Assembly (NCBI GenBank): GCA_031422435.1
Contig: JANPLU010000123.1
Span: 37,671-101,670 of the forward strand
Direction of reading: 5' to 3'
Origin: Acaryochloridaceae cyanobacterium VAR_48_metabat_390
GTDB lineage: Bacteria; Cyanobacteriota; Cyanobacteriia; Thermosynechococcales; Thermosynechococcaceae
DNA length: 64,000 bases
The notes under the pieces are model-generated. The model was not told where the DNA came from. It saw only the letters and a program-made list of their open reading frames with translations, and ran no database searches. A program made the translations under genes and the position numbers. Positions within the stretch are counted from its first letter, which is position 1; each line of letters starts with the position of its first letter. Shown here one piece after another: positions 21,415 through 31,532 of this stretch.

Positions 21415-21783
21415 ATGGTGCCCACCTACACCGTACAGATTCGCGATCGCCGCACCAATACAGAGCACGCTGTAGAGGTTCCGGCCGATCGCTACATCCT
21501 TGAAACCGCCGAAGAGCAAGGGGTAAAACTACCTTTTTCCTGTCGCAATGGAGCCTGTACCGCCTGTGCCGTGCGCGTATTAAGCGGCGACCTGCACCAG
21601 CCCGAAGCAATGGGGTTATCTCCCCACCTTCAGCGTCAGGGCTATGCCCTGCTGTGCGTGAGCTACCCGCGCGCATCCTTACGGGTCGAAACCCAAGATG
21701 AAGATGAGGTCTACGAACTGCAATTTGGGCGTTATTTTGGTAAAGGAAAAGTGCGCCGTGGACTACCCCTAGATGAAGAATGA
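21415..21783 (+). CDS. fed2: 2Fe-2S ferredoxin with C-terminal extension (Fed2/FdC2 type)
   Basis: LPFSCRNGACTAC...LLC plus the extension DEDEVYELQFGRYFG. Confidence 0.88.
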   Translation: MVPTYTVQIRDRRTNTEHAVEVPADRYILETAEEQGVKLPFSCRNGACTACAVRVLSGDLHQPEAMGLSPHLQRQGYALLCVSYPRASLRVETQDEDEVYELQFGRYFGKGKVRRGLPLDEE

Positions 21784-22621
21784 AACTTTGCCACCACATC
21801 AAACCTTTGAACTTGAAGGCTTTTTGGACATTGCGACCGAATCCGCTCTGAGTGCAGGTGCGATTTTACAGTCTTTTTGGGGCAACCTAAAGTCAGTTCA
21901 AGAAAAAGGGCGATCTGGAGATTTGGTCACTGAAGCTGATGCCGCCGCAGAAGCTGCGGTGATCACAATTTTGAAGCGTCACTTCCCTGACCACCAAATC
22001 TTGGCGGAGGAATCTGGACATCAGGGGAGCGATACAAGTCGGTTTTTGTGGGCGATTGACCCCCTAGACGGCACGACAAACTATGCTCACCAGTACCCTT
22101 TTTCTGCCACCTCTATCGCTTTACTGATTGATGGAGTGCCGCAAGTGGGGGTGATTTTTGACCCCTTTCATCAAGAGCTGTTTCGCGCTGCCAGCGGATT
22201 GGGCGCAACGCGAAATCGTCAGCCCATCCACGTTTCGCAAACTTCAGCGCTCTCCCAGAGCCTACTCGTGACTGGATTTGCCTATGACCGACGAGAGACA
22301 ATAGACAATAACTATGCTGAATTTTGTCACTTCACCCACCTTACTCAGGGCGTTAGACGTGGTGGTGCTGCGTCCTTAGATCTTGCCTATATTGCCTGTG
22401 GGCGTTTGGATGGATATTGGGAAAGAGGTCTTTCGCCTTGGGATATTGCCGCTGGAATTGTGTTAGTACAAGAGGCAGGGGGACAGGTCAGTGCCTACGA
22501 CCAAACACCTGTTGACCTAAGCTCAGGTCGCATACTTGCAACGAATGGTTATCTGCATCACTCTTTAAGCACCGAACTCCTCAAAGTTAAGCCTCTCACG
22601 ATGCCGTTGCCTTACGCATAA
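21773..22621 (+). CDS. suhB: Inositol monophosphatase family protein
   Basis: WAIDPLDGTTNYAH and WDIAAG. Confidence 0.9.
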   Translation: MKNETLPPHQTFELEGFLDIATESALSAGAILQSFWGNLKSVQEKGRSGDLVTEADAAAEAAVITILKRHFPDHQILAEESGHQGSDTSRFLWAIDPLDGTTNYAHQYPFSATSIALLIDGVPQVGVIFDPFHQELFRAASGLGATRNRQPIHVSQTSALSQSLLVTGFAYDRRETIDNNYAEFCHFTHLTQGVRRGGAASLDLAYIACGRLDGYWERGLSPWDIAAGIVLVQEAGGQVSAYDQTPVDLSSGRILATNGYLHHSLSTELLKVKPLTMPLPYA

Positions 22622-22729
22622 CTGTTTCATGAAAACGTTGCTGTCGAAAGCTTGGTTTAACTCATTTAGTTAACCCATTTAATTAATCCGTTCATTAACC
22701 CCTTGTATTCTGACCTTGGAATAAGCTAG

Positions 22730-23692
22730 ATGTCTTTTCAAATCAAACAGGGATTGGCCGAATTCGGATACACAGACCACTATGCAGTGCTGGGTTTGCC
22801 AGTTGATGCAGCAGCGGCAGAGATTCGAAAGCGCTATGTGAAGCTGGCGCGTATTCTTCACCCTGATAGCTGCGCACCCTCCATGGACAAGGGGCAGGCA
22901 AGCCAAGTTCTTTCTAAGCTTGTAAATCCGGCTTATCAGTTTCTCTCTCAAGAAAAGGAGCGTAATGATTACGATATGTTGCTGAAATTGGTGGGGCAGC
23001 GCGCCAATTTGGAATTTGATTCTGCCCGACTTCATCATCAAACGGCAAAAGATCTGCTGACTTCAGATCCGTATCAAGCCTTTTATCTTTCAACAATTCA
23101 GAGTCTGGCGGAGAACCAGTATGGTCAGCTTAATCGAGTGGTAAATGTGATTGAGCAGATGAGTGAGCTAAACCTCATGTTTCTGCTGCGTCGGGAGCTA
23201 ATGCAAACGCCCCGCCATAGCCAGCCGTCTTTTTTTGAGGCTGCTCCCGCAGTTGTAACTCAGCCCAGCAGCCCTGAAGTATCGGTGACAACCCCTGCCA
23301 AGAAGCCAGTCGATCAGAAAACGGTGGCTCCTTCGGAGGAATTTCTGCGGCAGTATGTTCGACGTGCAGAAGAATACATTGAAAAAAAGCTTTACCAGCC
23401 TGCGATCCAAGAATTAAGGTCTGCACAAAAGCTAGATCCTCAAAACTTTCGCTGTAATCTGTTGTTGGGTGTTATCTATCTGAAGCTGAAACAGCCTAAG
23501 ATGGCTAAGGGATATTTACTAAAAGCCCAAACCCTAGATCCTCGAAACGCTGAGTTACTTCAAGAAATAAATGAGCTAAAGAAACAAGAGGCTTTGGTCG
23601 CTAAACCGGTTCAATCGGGCGTTAAAGCAGCGGCTCAAGCTGGGAGCAAGCCTTCAGGCTTTTTAGGTGGTTTGTTTGGGAGAAAAAAGTAG
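22730..23692 (+). CDS. J-domain protein with C-terminal TPR
   Basis: DHYAVLGL...IRKRYVKLARILHPD and a C-terminal TPR pair. Confidence 0.88.
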   Translation: MSFQIKQGLAEFGYTDHYAVLGLPVDAAAAEIRKRYVKLARILHPDSCAPSMDKGQASQVLSKLVNPAYQFLSQEKERNDYDMLLKLVGQRANLEFDSARLHHQTAKDLLTSDPYQAFYLSTIQSLAENQYGQLNRVVNVIEQMSELNLMFLLRRELMQTPRHSQPSFFEAAPAVVTQPSSPEVSVTTPAKKPVDQKTVAPSEEFLRQYVRRAEEYIEKKLYQPAIQELRSAQKLDPQNFRCNLLLGVIYLKLKQPKMAKGYLLKAQTLDPRNAELLQEINELKKQEALVAKPVQSGVKAAAQAGSKPSGFLGGLFGRKK

Positions 23693-23740
23693 TGGCAACC
23701 CATGGCAGCAATAAGCGGTAGCAACCAATAGCAGCAATAC

Positions 23741-24946
23741 ATGATCTATCAACCTCCGACTGGCGCTCGGGATTTGCTGCCCGTAGATGTGGCGCAAAAA
23801 CAATGGATTGAGCATCGACTCCAGGACGTGTTTAACGGCTGGAGCTATCACCGCATCATTACGCCCACTTTAGAGCGCCTAGATACGCTGGTAGCGGGTG
23901 AAGCGGTACAGCCAGAAACCGTAATTCAGGTGTGGGATGCAGAAGAGGGCATTTTAGGGTTACGTCCCGAATTAACGGCCTCGATCGCTCGGGCGGCGGC
24001 AACGCGCATGGTGGAGACGTACCCGCAACGGCTTTTTTATACCGCCAACATTTTTCGACGGCAGCCGATGGGGCAAACCTATGGGCAGCACGAGTTTTAT
24101 CAGGCTGGCGTAGAGCTGCTAGGGGCTGGAGGTGTTTCTGCGGATGCGGAGGTGCTGCTGCTGCTGGCGGATGCGCTGTCTAGCCTAGGGCTAGAGCAGT
24201 GGCATTTAGTTTTGGGGGATGCAGGGTTAACGCGATCGCTTCTGTGGGATTTCCCGAAGCCGCTGCGAGGCAAGGTGAGAGAGGCGATCGCCCAGCTCAA
24301 CTACGTAGAACTTGAGCAGTTGCCCCTAGAGCCTGCCCTGCGAAATCGCGCCCTAAAGCTGATGGACTTACGCGGTGAACCAGTTTCGGTGCTGCAACAG
24401 GTCAGCCAATGGTCTTTGGACGCTACCCAGCTTGCGGCGGTACAGCGGCTCAAGTCTGTAGTGGAGCTTCTAGAGGGACATCCCTCTGTCACCCTAGATC
24501 TGAGCCTTATTCAAAGCTTCGATTACTACACAGGGTTGGTTTTTGAGGTGGTCAGCGATAGCTTTAGCGGTCAACGGGTGTTAGGTCAAGGAGGCCGCTA
24601 CGACCAGCTTTTGAGTCTGTATCATCCTCAAGGCCAGATGATCCCAGGGATTGGGTTTTCGCTCAACATGGAAGACTTGCAACACGTCTTAATGGGCACC
24701 TTGCCTCAGCACACTGCGGTCAGTCACTGGCTAGTCGTGCCTGCTTCCCCTAATTTGGTGGCGGCGGCGTTCTGCCATGCTCAGCAGTTAAGGCATCAAG
24801 AAGGTTCTGTTCGGGTAGAAGTGGAGCTTGAGGGGCGATCGCCCGAGCAAATCCGCCTTTATGCAAAACATCGACAGATTCAGCAAATTGCTTGGGTGAG
24901 GGCCGCGAGTTCTGTCACAATTGAGACCGTAGAACCTTCGACCTAA
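23741..24946 (+). CDS. hisZ: ATP phosphoribosyltransferase regulatory subunit
   Basis: PPTGARDLLP, LRPELTASIAR, QAGVELLG, DYYTG and GGRYD. Confidence 0.93.
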   Translation: MIYQPPTGARDLLPVDVAQKQWIEHRLQDVFNGWSYHRIITPTLERLDTLVAGEAVQPETVIQVWDAEEGILGLRPELTASIARAAATRMVETYPQRLFYTANIFRRQPMGQTYGQHEFYQAGVELLGAGGVSADAEVLLLLADALSSLGLEQWHLVLGDAGLTRSLLWDFPKPLRGKVREAIAQLNYVELEQLPLEPALRNRALKLMDLRGEPVSVLQQVSQWSLDATQLAAVQRLKSVVELLEGHPSVTLDLSLIQSFDYYTGLVFEVVSDSFSGQRVLGQGGRYDQLLSLYHPQGQMIPGIGFSLNMEDLQHVLMGTLPQHTAVSHWLVVPASPNLVAAAFCHAQQLRHQEGSVRVEVELEGRSPEQIRLYAKHRQIQQIAWVRAASSVTIETVEPST

Positions 24947-24955
24947 GGCCGCTCC

Positions 24956-25597
24956 ATGTTAACGGTTGCTTTGCCCAAGGGCGCATTACTCAAAGACAGT
25001 ATTCGCCTGTTCCAGGCTGTAGGCTTGGACTTTAGCGCATTTTTAGACTCTAGCAATCGTCAGCTCCAGATCCCAGAGCCGACGGGCCGTGCTCAGGCGC
25101 TGCTGGTAAGAACCCATGATGTGCCGGTTTATGTAGAGTACGGTCAGGCTCATCTTGGTGTAGCGGGCTATGACGTACTGAAGGAGAAACAGCCCAAGGT
25201 TGCCCACCTAAGAAACCTAGGATTTGGATTTTGCCGGATGTCGGTGGCAGTGCGCGATTCTAGCCCCTATCGCTCTGCCGCAGAGTTTCCGCCCTACAGT
25301 CGGGTTGCCTCTAAGTTTGTGAACTGCGCGCGGGAGTATTTTGACCAGCTCGATATCCCCGTCGAAATTATTCCGCTGTACGGCTCGGTCGAGCTAGGCC
25401 CTATTACGGGGATGTCCGAGGCGATCGTCGATTTAGTCTCGACGGGTCGCACCCTCAAAGAAAATGGCTTGGTAGAGCTAGAGGTGCTGTATGAAAGCAC
25501 AGCTCGTCTGATTGCCCATCCGCTGAGCTATCGGCTGAACACCTATGGGCTTCAGGATTGGGTAGAGCAGCTTCAGCCTGCTAGTCTTGGGGTTTAG
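24956..25597 (+). CDS. hisG: ATP phosphoribosyltransferase (short form)
   Basis: [25 protein letters not shown] and [16 protein letters not shown]. Confidence 0.96.
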   Translation: MLTVALPKGALLKDSIRLFQAVGLDFSAFLDSSNRQLQIPEPTGRAQALLVRTHDVPVYVEYGQAHLGVAGYDVLKEKQPKVAHLRNLGFGFCRMSVAVRDSSPYRSAAEFPPYSRVASKFVNCAREYFDQLDIPVEIIPLYGSVELGPITGMSEAIVDLVSTGRTLKENGLVELEVLYESTARLIAHPLSYRLNTYGLQDWVEQLQPASLGV

Positions 25598-25608
25598 ACC
25601 TTATCTCT

Positions 25609-25638
25609 GTAGGGAGCGCAAGGCTTTGCCCTCCCTAC
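25609..25638. repeat. REP-like GTAG-capped palindrome
   Basis: GTAGGGAG-CGCAAGGCTTTGCC-CTCCCTAC between convergent hisG and recA. Confidence 0.55.
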
Positions 25639-25654
25639 GGAAATAATGTTGGCT

Positions 25655-26722
25655 CTATTCTTCGTCTTCGTCTTCAGAATGGACTTCCCCTGGCACAACA
25701 GAGTTAGCAGATACCACCGCACCACCATCCAGCTTTTGGCGCACTAGCCGTTCAACTTCCTTAGCAAAGTCTGGCTTTTCCTCCATGTACTTGATGGTAT
25801 TGTCTCGGCCTTGACCGATGTTGTCACCGTTGTAGCTATACCAAGCACCTTTACGGACGATGATATTGGTTTCTTCAGCAATATCCAAGATACAGCCCAG
25901 GGAAGAAATGCCTGTTCCGAAGATGATATCAAATTCGGCAATTCGGAATGGGGGCGCAATTTTATTTTTGACGACCTTGACCTTGGCGCGGATCCCAAAC
26001 TCTTCAGTCCCTTTCTTGAGGGTTTGAATACGACGAATATCTAGGCGCACTGAGGCATAAAACTTAAGGGCGTTACCGCCTGTGGTGGTTTCAGGGTTGC
26101 CGTAGCTGATGCCGATTTTTTGACGAAGCTGATTTAAGAAAAAGACCGTGCAGCCCGTTTTGCCAATGTTGCCCGTAATTTTGCGCAGCGCCTGACTCAT
26201 CAGCCTGGCCTGCAAGCCGACATGAACGTCGCCCATTTCGCCTTCAATTTCAGCACGGGGCACCAATGCCGCCACGGAGTCGATCACCACGAGATCAACG
26301 GCGGTGGAGCGCACGAGCTGATCTACAATTTCAAGCCCTGCTTCGCCGTTATCAGGCTGAGCGACGAGCAGGTTATCAATATCAACGCCGATCGCCGCTG
26401 CATAGGTAGGATCTAGGGCGTGTTCTGCATCCACAAAGGCAGCAACGCCACCTGCTTTTTGAACTTCGGCGATCGCATGGAGTGCCAGGGTGGTTTTACC
26501 GGAGCTTTCGGGACCGTATAGCTCCACCACGCGACCCTTGGGCAGCCCGCCGCCTAAGGCTAAATCTAAGGTTAAAGAACCGCTAGGAATGGTTTCAACC
26601 CGCATCCGGGTGGCATCCCCCAACCGCATGATGGAGCCTTTGCCAAAGGATCGCTCAATCTGCGTGAGTACGATATTGAGGGCTTTTTGCTTTTCTGGAT
26701 TGGCGGTGATTTCTGTAGACAT
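25655..26722 (-). CDS. recA: Recombinase A
   Basis: [23 protein letters not shown] and [17 protein letters not shown]. Start placed at [15 protein letters not shown]; an upstream ATG is also possible. Confidence 0.98.
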   Translation of the reverse strand: MSTEITANPEKQKALNIVLTQIERSFGKGSIMRLGDATRMRVETIPSGSLTLDLALGGGLPKGRVVELYGPESSGKTTLALHAIAEVQKAGGVAAFVDAEHALDPTYAAAIGVDIDNLLVAQPDNGEAGLEIVDQLVRSTAVDLVVIDSVAALVPRAEIEGEMGDVHVGLQARLMSQALRKITGNIGKTGCTVFFLNQLRQKIGISYGNPETTTGGNALKFYASVRLDIRRIQTLKKGTEEFGIRAKVKVVKNKIAPPFRIAEFDIIFGTGISSLGCILDIAEETNIIVRKGAWYSYNGDNIGQGRDNTIKYMEEKPDFAKEVERLVRQKLDGGAVVSANSVVPGEVHSEDEDEE

Positions 26723-26940
26723 GGGTCTGTTAGCCGTCACAGTGGATAGGGTCAAATCATGAGTCTTCATTGTATGCGAGAACTTTAGCGGATCGGCTGG
26801 TTTTCGCAAAGGCGGCAGAATATCGTCTTGGGGTTGGGTGCGATCGCCAAACCACAGTATCTTTTTTACGCGCAGCAGCGCACACTGCATGAATCCTCAA
26901 AGCGCTATAATTCTTACCAGCGTCTTACTCATGTTGCTCA

Positions 26941-27204
26941 ATGAAGACTACCCGATTGTCTAGTAAAGGTCAAGTCATCATCCCCAAAGACTTACGGGAT
27001 GCATATCGCTGGGACGTTGGGCAAGAATTAATTGCCGTTGATGTGGGCGATGGAATTTTGCTGAAGACAAACAGTCCCTTTGAAGAAACTACGCTTGAAA
27101 ATGTTGCGGGATGTTTGCAATGCATCGGAGAATCCAAAAGTTTAGAAGAAATAGAAGATGCCGTTCGTCTAGGAATTCTGGAGGAATGGCGTGATCGCAG
27201 TTGA
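26941..27204 (+). CDS. AbrB/MazE-fold antitoxin
   Basis: TTRLSSKGQVIIPKDLR; overlaps the downstream PIN gene. Confidence 0.88.
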   Translation: MKTTRLSSKGQVIIPKDLRDAYRWDVGQELIAVDVGDGILLKTNSPFEETTLENVAGCLQCIGESKSLEEIEDAVRLGILEEWRDRS

Positions 27205-27580
27205 CACAAACATTGTGGTTCGGCTGCTCACCCGTGATGATGAACAACAGTACCAAAAGAGCCTCAAATTATTTCAGAGTCAGGATATTTTTATCCCAGA
27301 CACTGTCATTCTTGAAGCAGAATGGGTTTTGCGCTTTGCTTATAAGTTTCAACCCTACGAGATTTGCCAAGCCCTCAGAAGCCTATTTGGTTTGCCGAAT
27401 GTGTCCGTCGTCAGTGCCAAGTTAATTCAACAAACCTTGGAATGGCATGAACACGGACTAGATTTTGCCGATGCCTTCCATCTCGCTCATAGCCAACACT
27501 GCGCTGAACTACACACCTTTGACGAAAAATTTCGTAAAAAAGCCGAAGGATTAGCCCCCTGTAAGGTTAAAAACCCCTGA
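27191..27580 (+). CDS. VapC-like PIN toxin
   Basis: IAVDTNIVVRLL..DD, E.EWVL, DFADAFHL and TFD. Confidence 0.88.
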   Translation: MIAVDTNIVVRLLTRDDEQQYQKSLKLFQSQDIFIPDTVILEAEWVLRFAYKFQPYEICQALRSLFGLPNVSVVSAKLIQQTLEWHEHGLDFADAFHLAHSQHCAELHTFDEKFRKKAEGLAPCKVKNP

Positions 27581-27676
27581 CTTCACCTTTCTAATCTTCA
27601 AAACCTGATCATTTTATCCGAACCGCAGACGAGACTCTAAGATGAAAGGATGCAAATCCAATCGCAGGAGTGATTC

Positions 27677-30253
27677 GTGGAGTCCCAATATAGCCCCGCC
27701 AAAATAGAGAAACAGTGGCAGAAAAACTGGGCAGACCAAAAACTGCATGAAGCCGTCACAGACAGCAGCAAGCCTAAGTTCTATGCGCTGTCGATGTTTC
27801 CCTATCCCTCTGGCAACCTTCACATGGGGCACGTCAGGGTCTATACCATCGTGGACGTTATCGCTCGCCATAAGCGGATGCAGGGCTATCGCGTCTTAAA
27901 CCCGATGGGCTGGGATGCCTTTGGTTTACCTGCGGAAAATGCGGCGATCGAGCGAAATATTCCGCCTGCAACGTGGACTTACGCCAATATTGACCAGATG
28001 CGCGAACAGCTCAAGGATTTGGGCATCTCTTTTGATTGGGATAAAGAAGTCGCCACCTGTTCGCCCAACTATTACCAGTGGACGCAGTGGCTGTTTCTCC
28101 AGTTTTTGGAGATGGGTTTGGCCTACCAAAAGGAAGCCCTCGTTAACTGGGATCCGATTGACCAGACCGTCTTAGCCAACGAACAGGTCGATAGCGAAGG
28201 AAAATCTTGGCGATCAGGGGCAAAGATAGAACGTAAGCAGTTACGTCAGTGGTTTTTCAAAATCACTGACTACGCCGAGCAGCTTTTGCAAGATTTAGAT
28301 CAGCTTAGTGGCTGGCCAGAACGGGTGCGTCTGATGCAAGCCAACTGGATTGGAAAATCTGTGGGTGCCCACGTCACCTTCACGACCCAAGACGGGGATG
28401 ACCTCACGGTCTTTACCACTCGCCCCGATACCCTTTGGGGTGCGACGTTTATGGTGATTTCGCCAGAGCATCCTTTGGTTGAGAAATTAACCACCCCTGC
28501 TCAAGCTAAAGCGATTAAGGCGTACCAAGCCGAAGCGGCAGGTAAAAGCGAAATGGATCGCACAGCAGAAGGACGCGAAAAAACGGGGGTCTGGACGGGC
28601 GGCTATGCCATTAACCCCGTCAATGACGAAAAGATTCCGGTTTGGATTGCGGACTATGTATTAGTAGACTACGGCACGGGTGCCATTATGGCAGTGCCTG
28701 CCCATGACCAGCGTGACTTTGAGTTTGCAAAGACCTTTAATCTACCAATTAAAGTGGTGGTTCAGCCCCCAGATCAATCTTTGGATGGGGAGACTTTAGC
28801 TGCCGCCTATTCGGGTGAGGGCGTAATAGTGAACTCGGAACCCTTGGATGGGGTTCCAGCAGGGAAGGGTAAGGGCAAAAGTGTAGAAGCGGCGATCGCC
28901 TACCTCGAAGCCAACCATAAGGGTAAAGGCACCTCAAATTACCGTCTGCGGGATTGGCTAATCTCGCGGCAGCGCTACTGGGGCTGTCCCATCCCTGTAG
29001 TGCATTGTCCTAAATGCGGGGTGGTGCCTGTGCCCGATGTAGAACTGCCTGTGAAGCTCCCCGATAACGTTGAGTTTTCAGGGAAAGGTTCGCCCTTAGC
29101 CAAGTTAGAAGACTGGGTGAATGTGCCCTGCCCCACCTGCGGCACCCCTGCTAAGCGCGAAACCGACACGATGGATACCTTCATGTGTTCGTCTTGGTAC
29201 TTCATGCGCTACCCCGATGCTCAGAACACAGGGGCGGCATTTGATCCGGCAGTGACCAATGACTGGATGCCCGTAGACCAATACGTCGGCGGCATTGAAC
29301 ACGCGATTTTGCACCTGCTCTACTCGCGTTTTTTTACAAAGGTGATGCGCGATCGCGGTTTACTCACCTGCGATGAACCCTTCAAGCGTTTGCTGACCCA
29401 GGGCATGGTGCAGGGTAAAACCTACAAGAACCCCAAAACCGAACGTTATTTCATTCCCCAAAACATCAAGGATTTAGGGAACCCCGTCGATCCAGAGACA
29501 GGAGATGCCTTGGAGATTGTCTATGAAAAAATGTCGAAATCCAAGCACAATGGAACGGCACCTGGCGAAGTAATCGCCAAGTACGGCGCAGACACCGCTC
29601 GGATGAACATTTTGTTTAAGGCTCCCCCCGAAAAAGATCTGGAATGGGACGATGCCGATGTTGAAGGCCAGTTCCGATTTCTTAACCGCGTATGGCGACT
29701 CGTTACTGAATCCCCTGCGGTGGCGAAAGGCAGTGCGCCCTCTTCCGCTGCTAAAGCGCTAACTAAAGACGAAAAGGATCTCCGCCGCGCCGTCCATACC
29801 GCCATCAAAGAAGTGAGCGAAGACCTTCAGGATGAGTACCAATTTAACACTGCTGTCTCTGAACTCATGAAGCTTAGCAATGCCCTCAATGATGCTGGCA
29901 TCAAGCAGTCTGGTGTCTACACTGAAGGTATTGAAACCCTCATTACTCTTCTGGCACCATTTGCCCCTCACATTGCCGAAGAACTCTGGAAACAGATTGG
30001 CAAAACTGGCTCAGTCCATCAGCAGCCTTGGCCTAAGCTTGACCCTGACGCGCTCATTTCCGATGAATTAACCCTTGTGATTCAGGTGATGGGCAAAACG
30101 CGCGGCACTGTGCAGGTGCCAGCCAGCGCCACCCGCGAAGAACTGGAAACCTATGCTCGTACTTCTGAGGTAGGGCAGCGGTATCTGGAGGGGCAAACCG
30201 TTAAAAAGGCGATCGTTGTGCCTGGTAAATTGGTCAATTTCGTCCTTGGCTAA
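27677..30253 (+). CDS. leuS: Leucine--tRNA ligase
   Basis: [18 protein letters not shown] and editing-domain TTRPDT. Confidence 0.98.
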   Translation: MESQYSPAKIEKQWQKNWADQKLHEAVTDSSKPKFYALSMFPYPSGNLHMGHVRVYTIVDVIARHKRMQGYRVLNPMGWDAFGLPAENAAIERNIPPATWTYANIDQMREQLKDLGISFDWDKEVATCSPNYYQWTQWLFLQFLEMGLAYQKEALVNWDPIDQTVLANEQVDSEGKSWRSGAKIERKQLRQWFFKITDYAEQLLQDLDQLSGWPERVRLMQANWIGKSVGAHVTFTTQDGDDLTVFTTRPDTLWGATFMVISPEHPLVEKLTTPAQAKAIKAYQAEAAGKSEMDRTAEGREKTGVWTGGYAINPVNDEKIPVWIADYVLVDYGTGAIMAVPAHDQRDFEFAKTFNLPIKVVVQPPDQSLDGETLAAAYSGEGVIVNSEPLDGVPAGKGKGKSVEAAIAYLEANHKGKGTSNYRLRDWLISRQRYWGCPIPVVHCPKCGVVPVPDVELPVKLPDNVEFSGKGSPLAKLEDWVNVPCPTCGTPAKRETDTMDTFMCSSWYFMRYPDAQNTGAAFDPAVTNDWMPVDQYVGGIEHAILHLLYSRFFTKVMRDRGLLTCDEPFKRLLTQGMVQGKTYKNPKTERYFIPQNIKDLGNPVDPETGDALEIVYEKMSKSKHNGTAPGEVIAKYGADTARMNILFKAPPEKDLEWDDADVEGQFRFLNRVWRLVTESPAVAKGSAPSSAAKALTKDEKDLRRAVHTAIKEVSEDLQDEYQFNTAVSELMKLSNALNDAGIKQSGVYTEGIETLITLLAPFAPHIAEELWKQIGKTGSVHQQPWPKLDPDALISDELTLVIQVMGKTRGTVQVPASATREELETYARTSEVGQRYLEGQTVKKAIVVPGKLVNFVLG

Positions 30254-30263
30254 AATCTTGCCT

Positions 30264-31532
30264 TTAGCTAATTTTGATGGGAGGCAATTCATCCTCCGCA
30301 GGGGGAAGCGGAATGGGTGCAAACGCCTTGGCGGCCTCTTGGCTAAGCTGATGGGCGAGATCTGCCTCTTCTAATCTTTCTAAAAAGGGCAGAATATCGC
30401 TAAAGCTACGAACACCTAGCTGTTCGAGGTCTTCTATCGTAATCGTTTCATCCGATAGGCTACCGCGCCGTTGCAGTAAAATCCGAACCCGCTCTTCCTG
30501 CACATTTAAGGCAGCTTGCTGACGTAAAGTGGGGGCAGCAGCTCTTAATCCTTGCTCAAGAACTTCAGGGTTAATCACGGTTGCTTGAAGATCGGCAGCA
30601 GTAGACAGTACGGTGTTGCCTAAGCGGTTGAACAAGCGCGGTTTGCCTAAGGAGACTTCGCAAAAACGTTTTGCGGCTTCTGGCAAGAAGGGCAATACGG
30701 AACGTGGGTCTGTTGGATCGGTGCAGCCATTGTCAATTCTGGCGCTGTTGAGGTAGTTGATCAGCATTTGATACATGGTGGGCTGATCCAGTTCTTCGAG
30801 CTTCAGTTGTAGATCGAATAGACCCCGTTCACTGGTGAGTAGATCTCCGGTCATTCCCGTTGGGTGCCCTGTGAGGATAAACCAGGCGCGTCCTTTTAAC
30901 ATGCCTTGGGCATCGTGCATGAGTTGCCGCACGGCGCTGGGGTTTTGTTTGTCTAGATCATCAATGGCAATTACGACTCCTTGGGGATATTGCTTTTGTG
31001 CCCGTTCTAAAAGTGTTTCTAGGTTAACAGTAGAATATTGTGACTTGGGAATTGGTAAGTCCTTCTCGCTAAGTTCCCCGCTCACAACCCAATTTGCGCC
31101 GACTTTACTACCACGCTCTTTCAAAACCATTTCAGTGGGGATGCCCATTTGATAAAGCTGTTGCTGTGCCTTTTCGTCATCAGGCATTGCTTGTGCTAGT
31201 GCAATTAGTGCTGTGGTTGCAAGATCTAAATTTGCGGGTAGAGAGATGTAAGTCGTCAACATATCTGGACGCTTACGGCGCAAGACGGACAACACTTCTA
31301 GCAGAAAAGCACTTTTGCCAATTCCCAGCCGACCGTAGACTAAAATGCGCCGCCGCTCACGACTTTGGAACAGGTTAAATATCTGGCGCAGTTCATTTTG
31401 CCGTCCAGTAAAAATATGCTGTAAGGTCTCACTCTGAAGATCGGTTGGACTTTCGGTGAATGGGATTTCTCTCAATCCTAGCCGCTGAATGTTGCTGCTC
31501 GACTGGTCAAAAATATCATCAGCGGTGGTCAT
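30264..31532 (-). CDS. P-loop (AAA+/STAND-like) ATPase
   Basis: FTGRQNEL pre-Walker motif, Walker A GRLGIGKS, Walker B VVIAIDDLDK, G.PR motif and a likely C-terminal winged helix. Confidence 0.8.
   Translation of the reverse strand: MTTADDIFDQSSSNIQRLGLREIPFTESPTDLQSETLQHIFTGRQNELRQIFNLFQSRERRRILVYGRLGIGKSAFLLEVLSVLRRKRPDMLTTYISLPANLDLATTALIALAQAMPDDEKAQQQLYQMGIPTEMVLKERGSKVGANWVVSGELSEKDLPIPKSQYSTVNLETLLERAQKQYPQGVVIAIDDLDKQNPSAVRQLMHDAQGMLKGRAWFILTGHPTGMTGDLLTSERGLFDLQLKLEELDQPTMYQMLINYLNSARIDNGCTDPTDPRSVLPFLPEAAKRFCEVSLGKPRLFNRLGNTVLSTAADLQATVINPEVLEQGLRAAAPTLRQQAALNVQEERVRILLQRRGSLSDETITIEDLEQLGVRSFSDILPFLERLEEADLAHQLSQEAAKAFAPIPLPPAEDELPPIKIS

Noticed and set aside
26723..26890. N-terminal extension of recA to 411 aa and a possible LexA box
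   Set aside because: RecA similarity begins near [15 protein letters not shown], so the extension is probably UTR. I found no convincing cyanobacterial LexA box.
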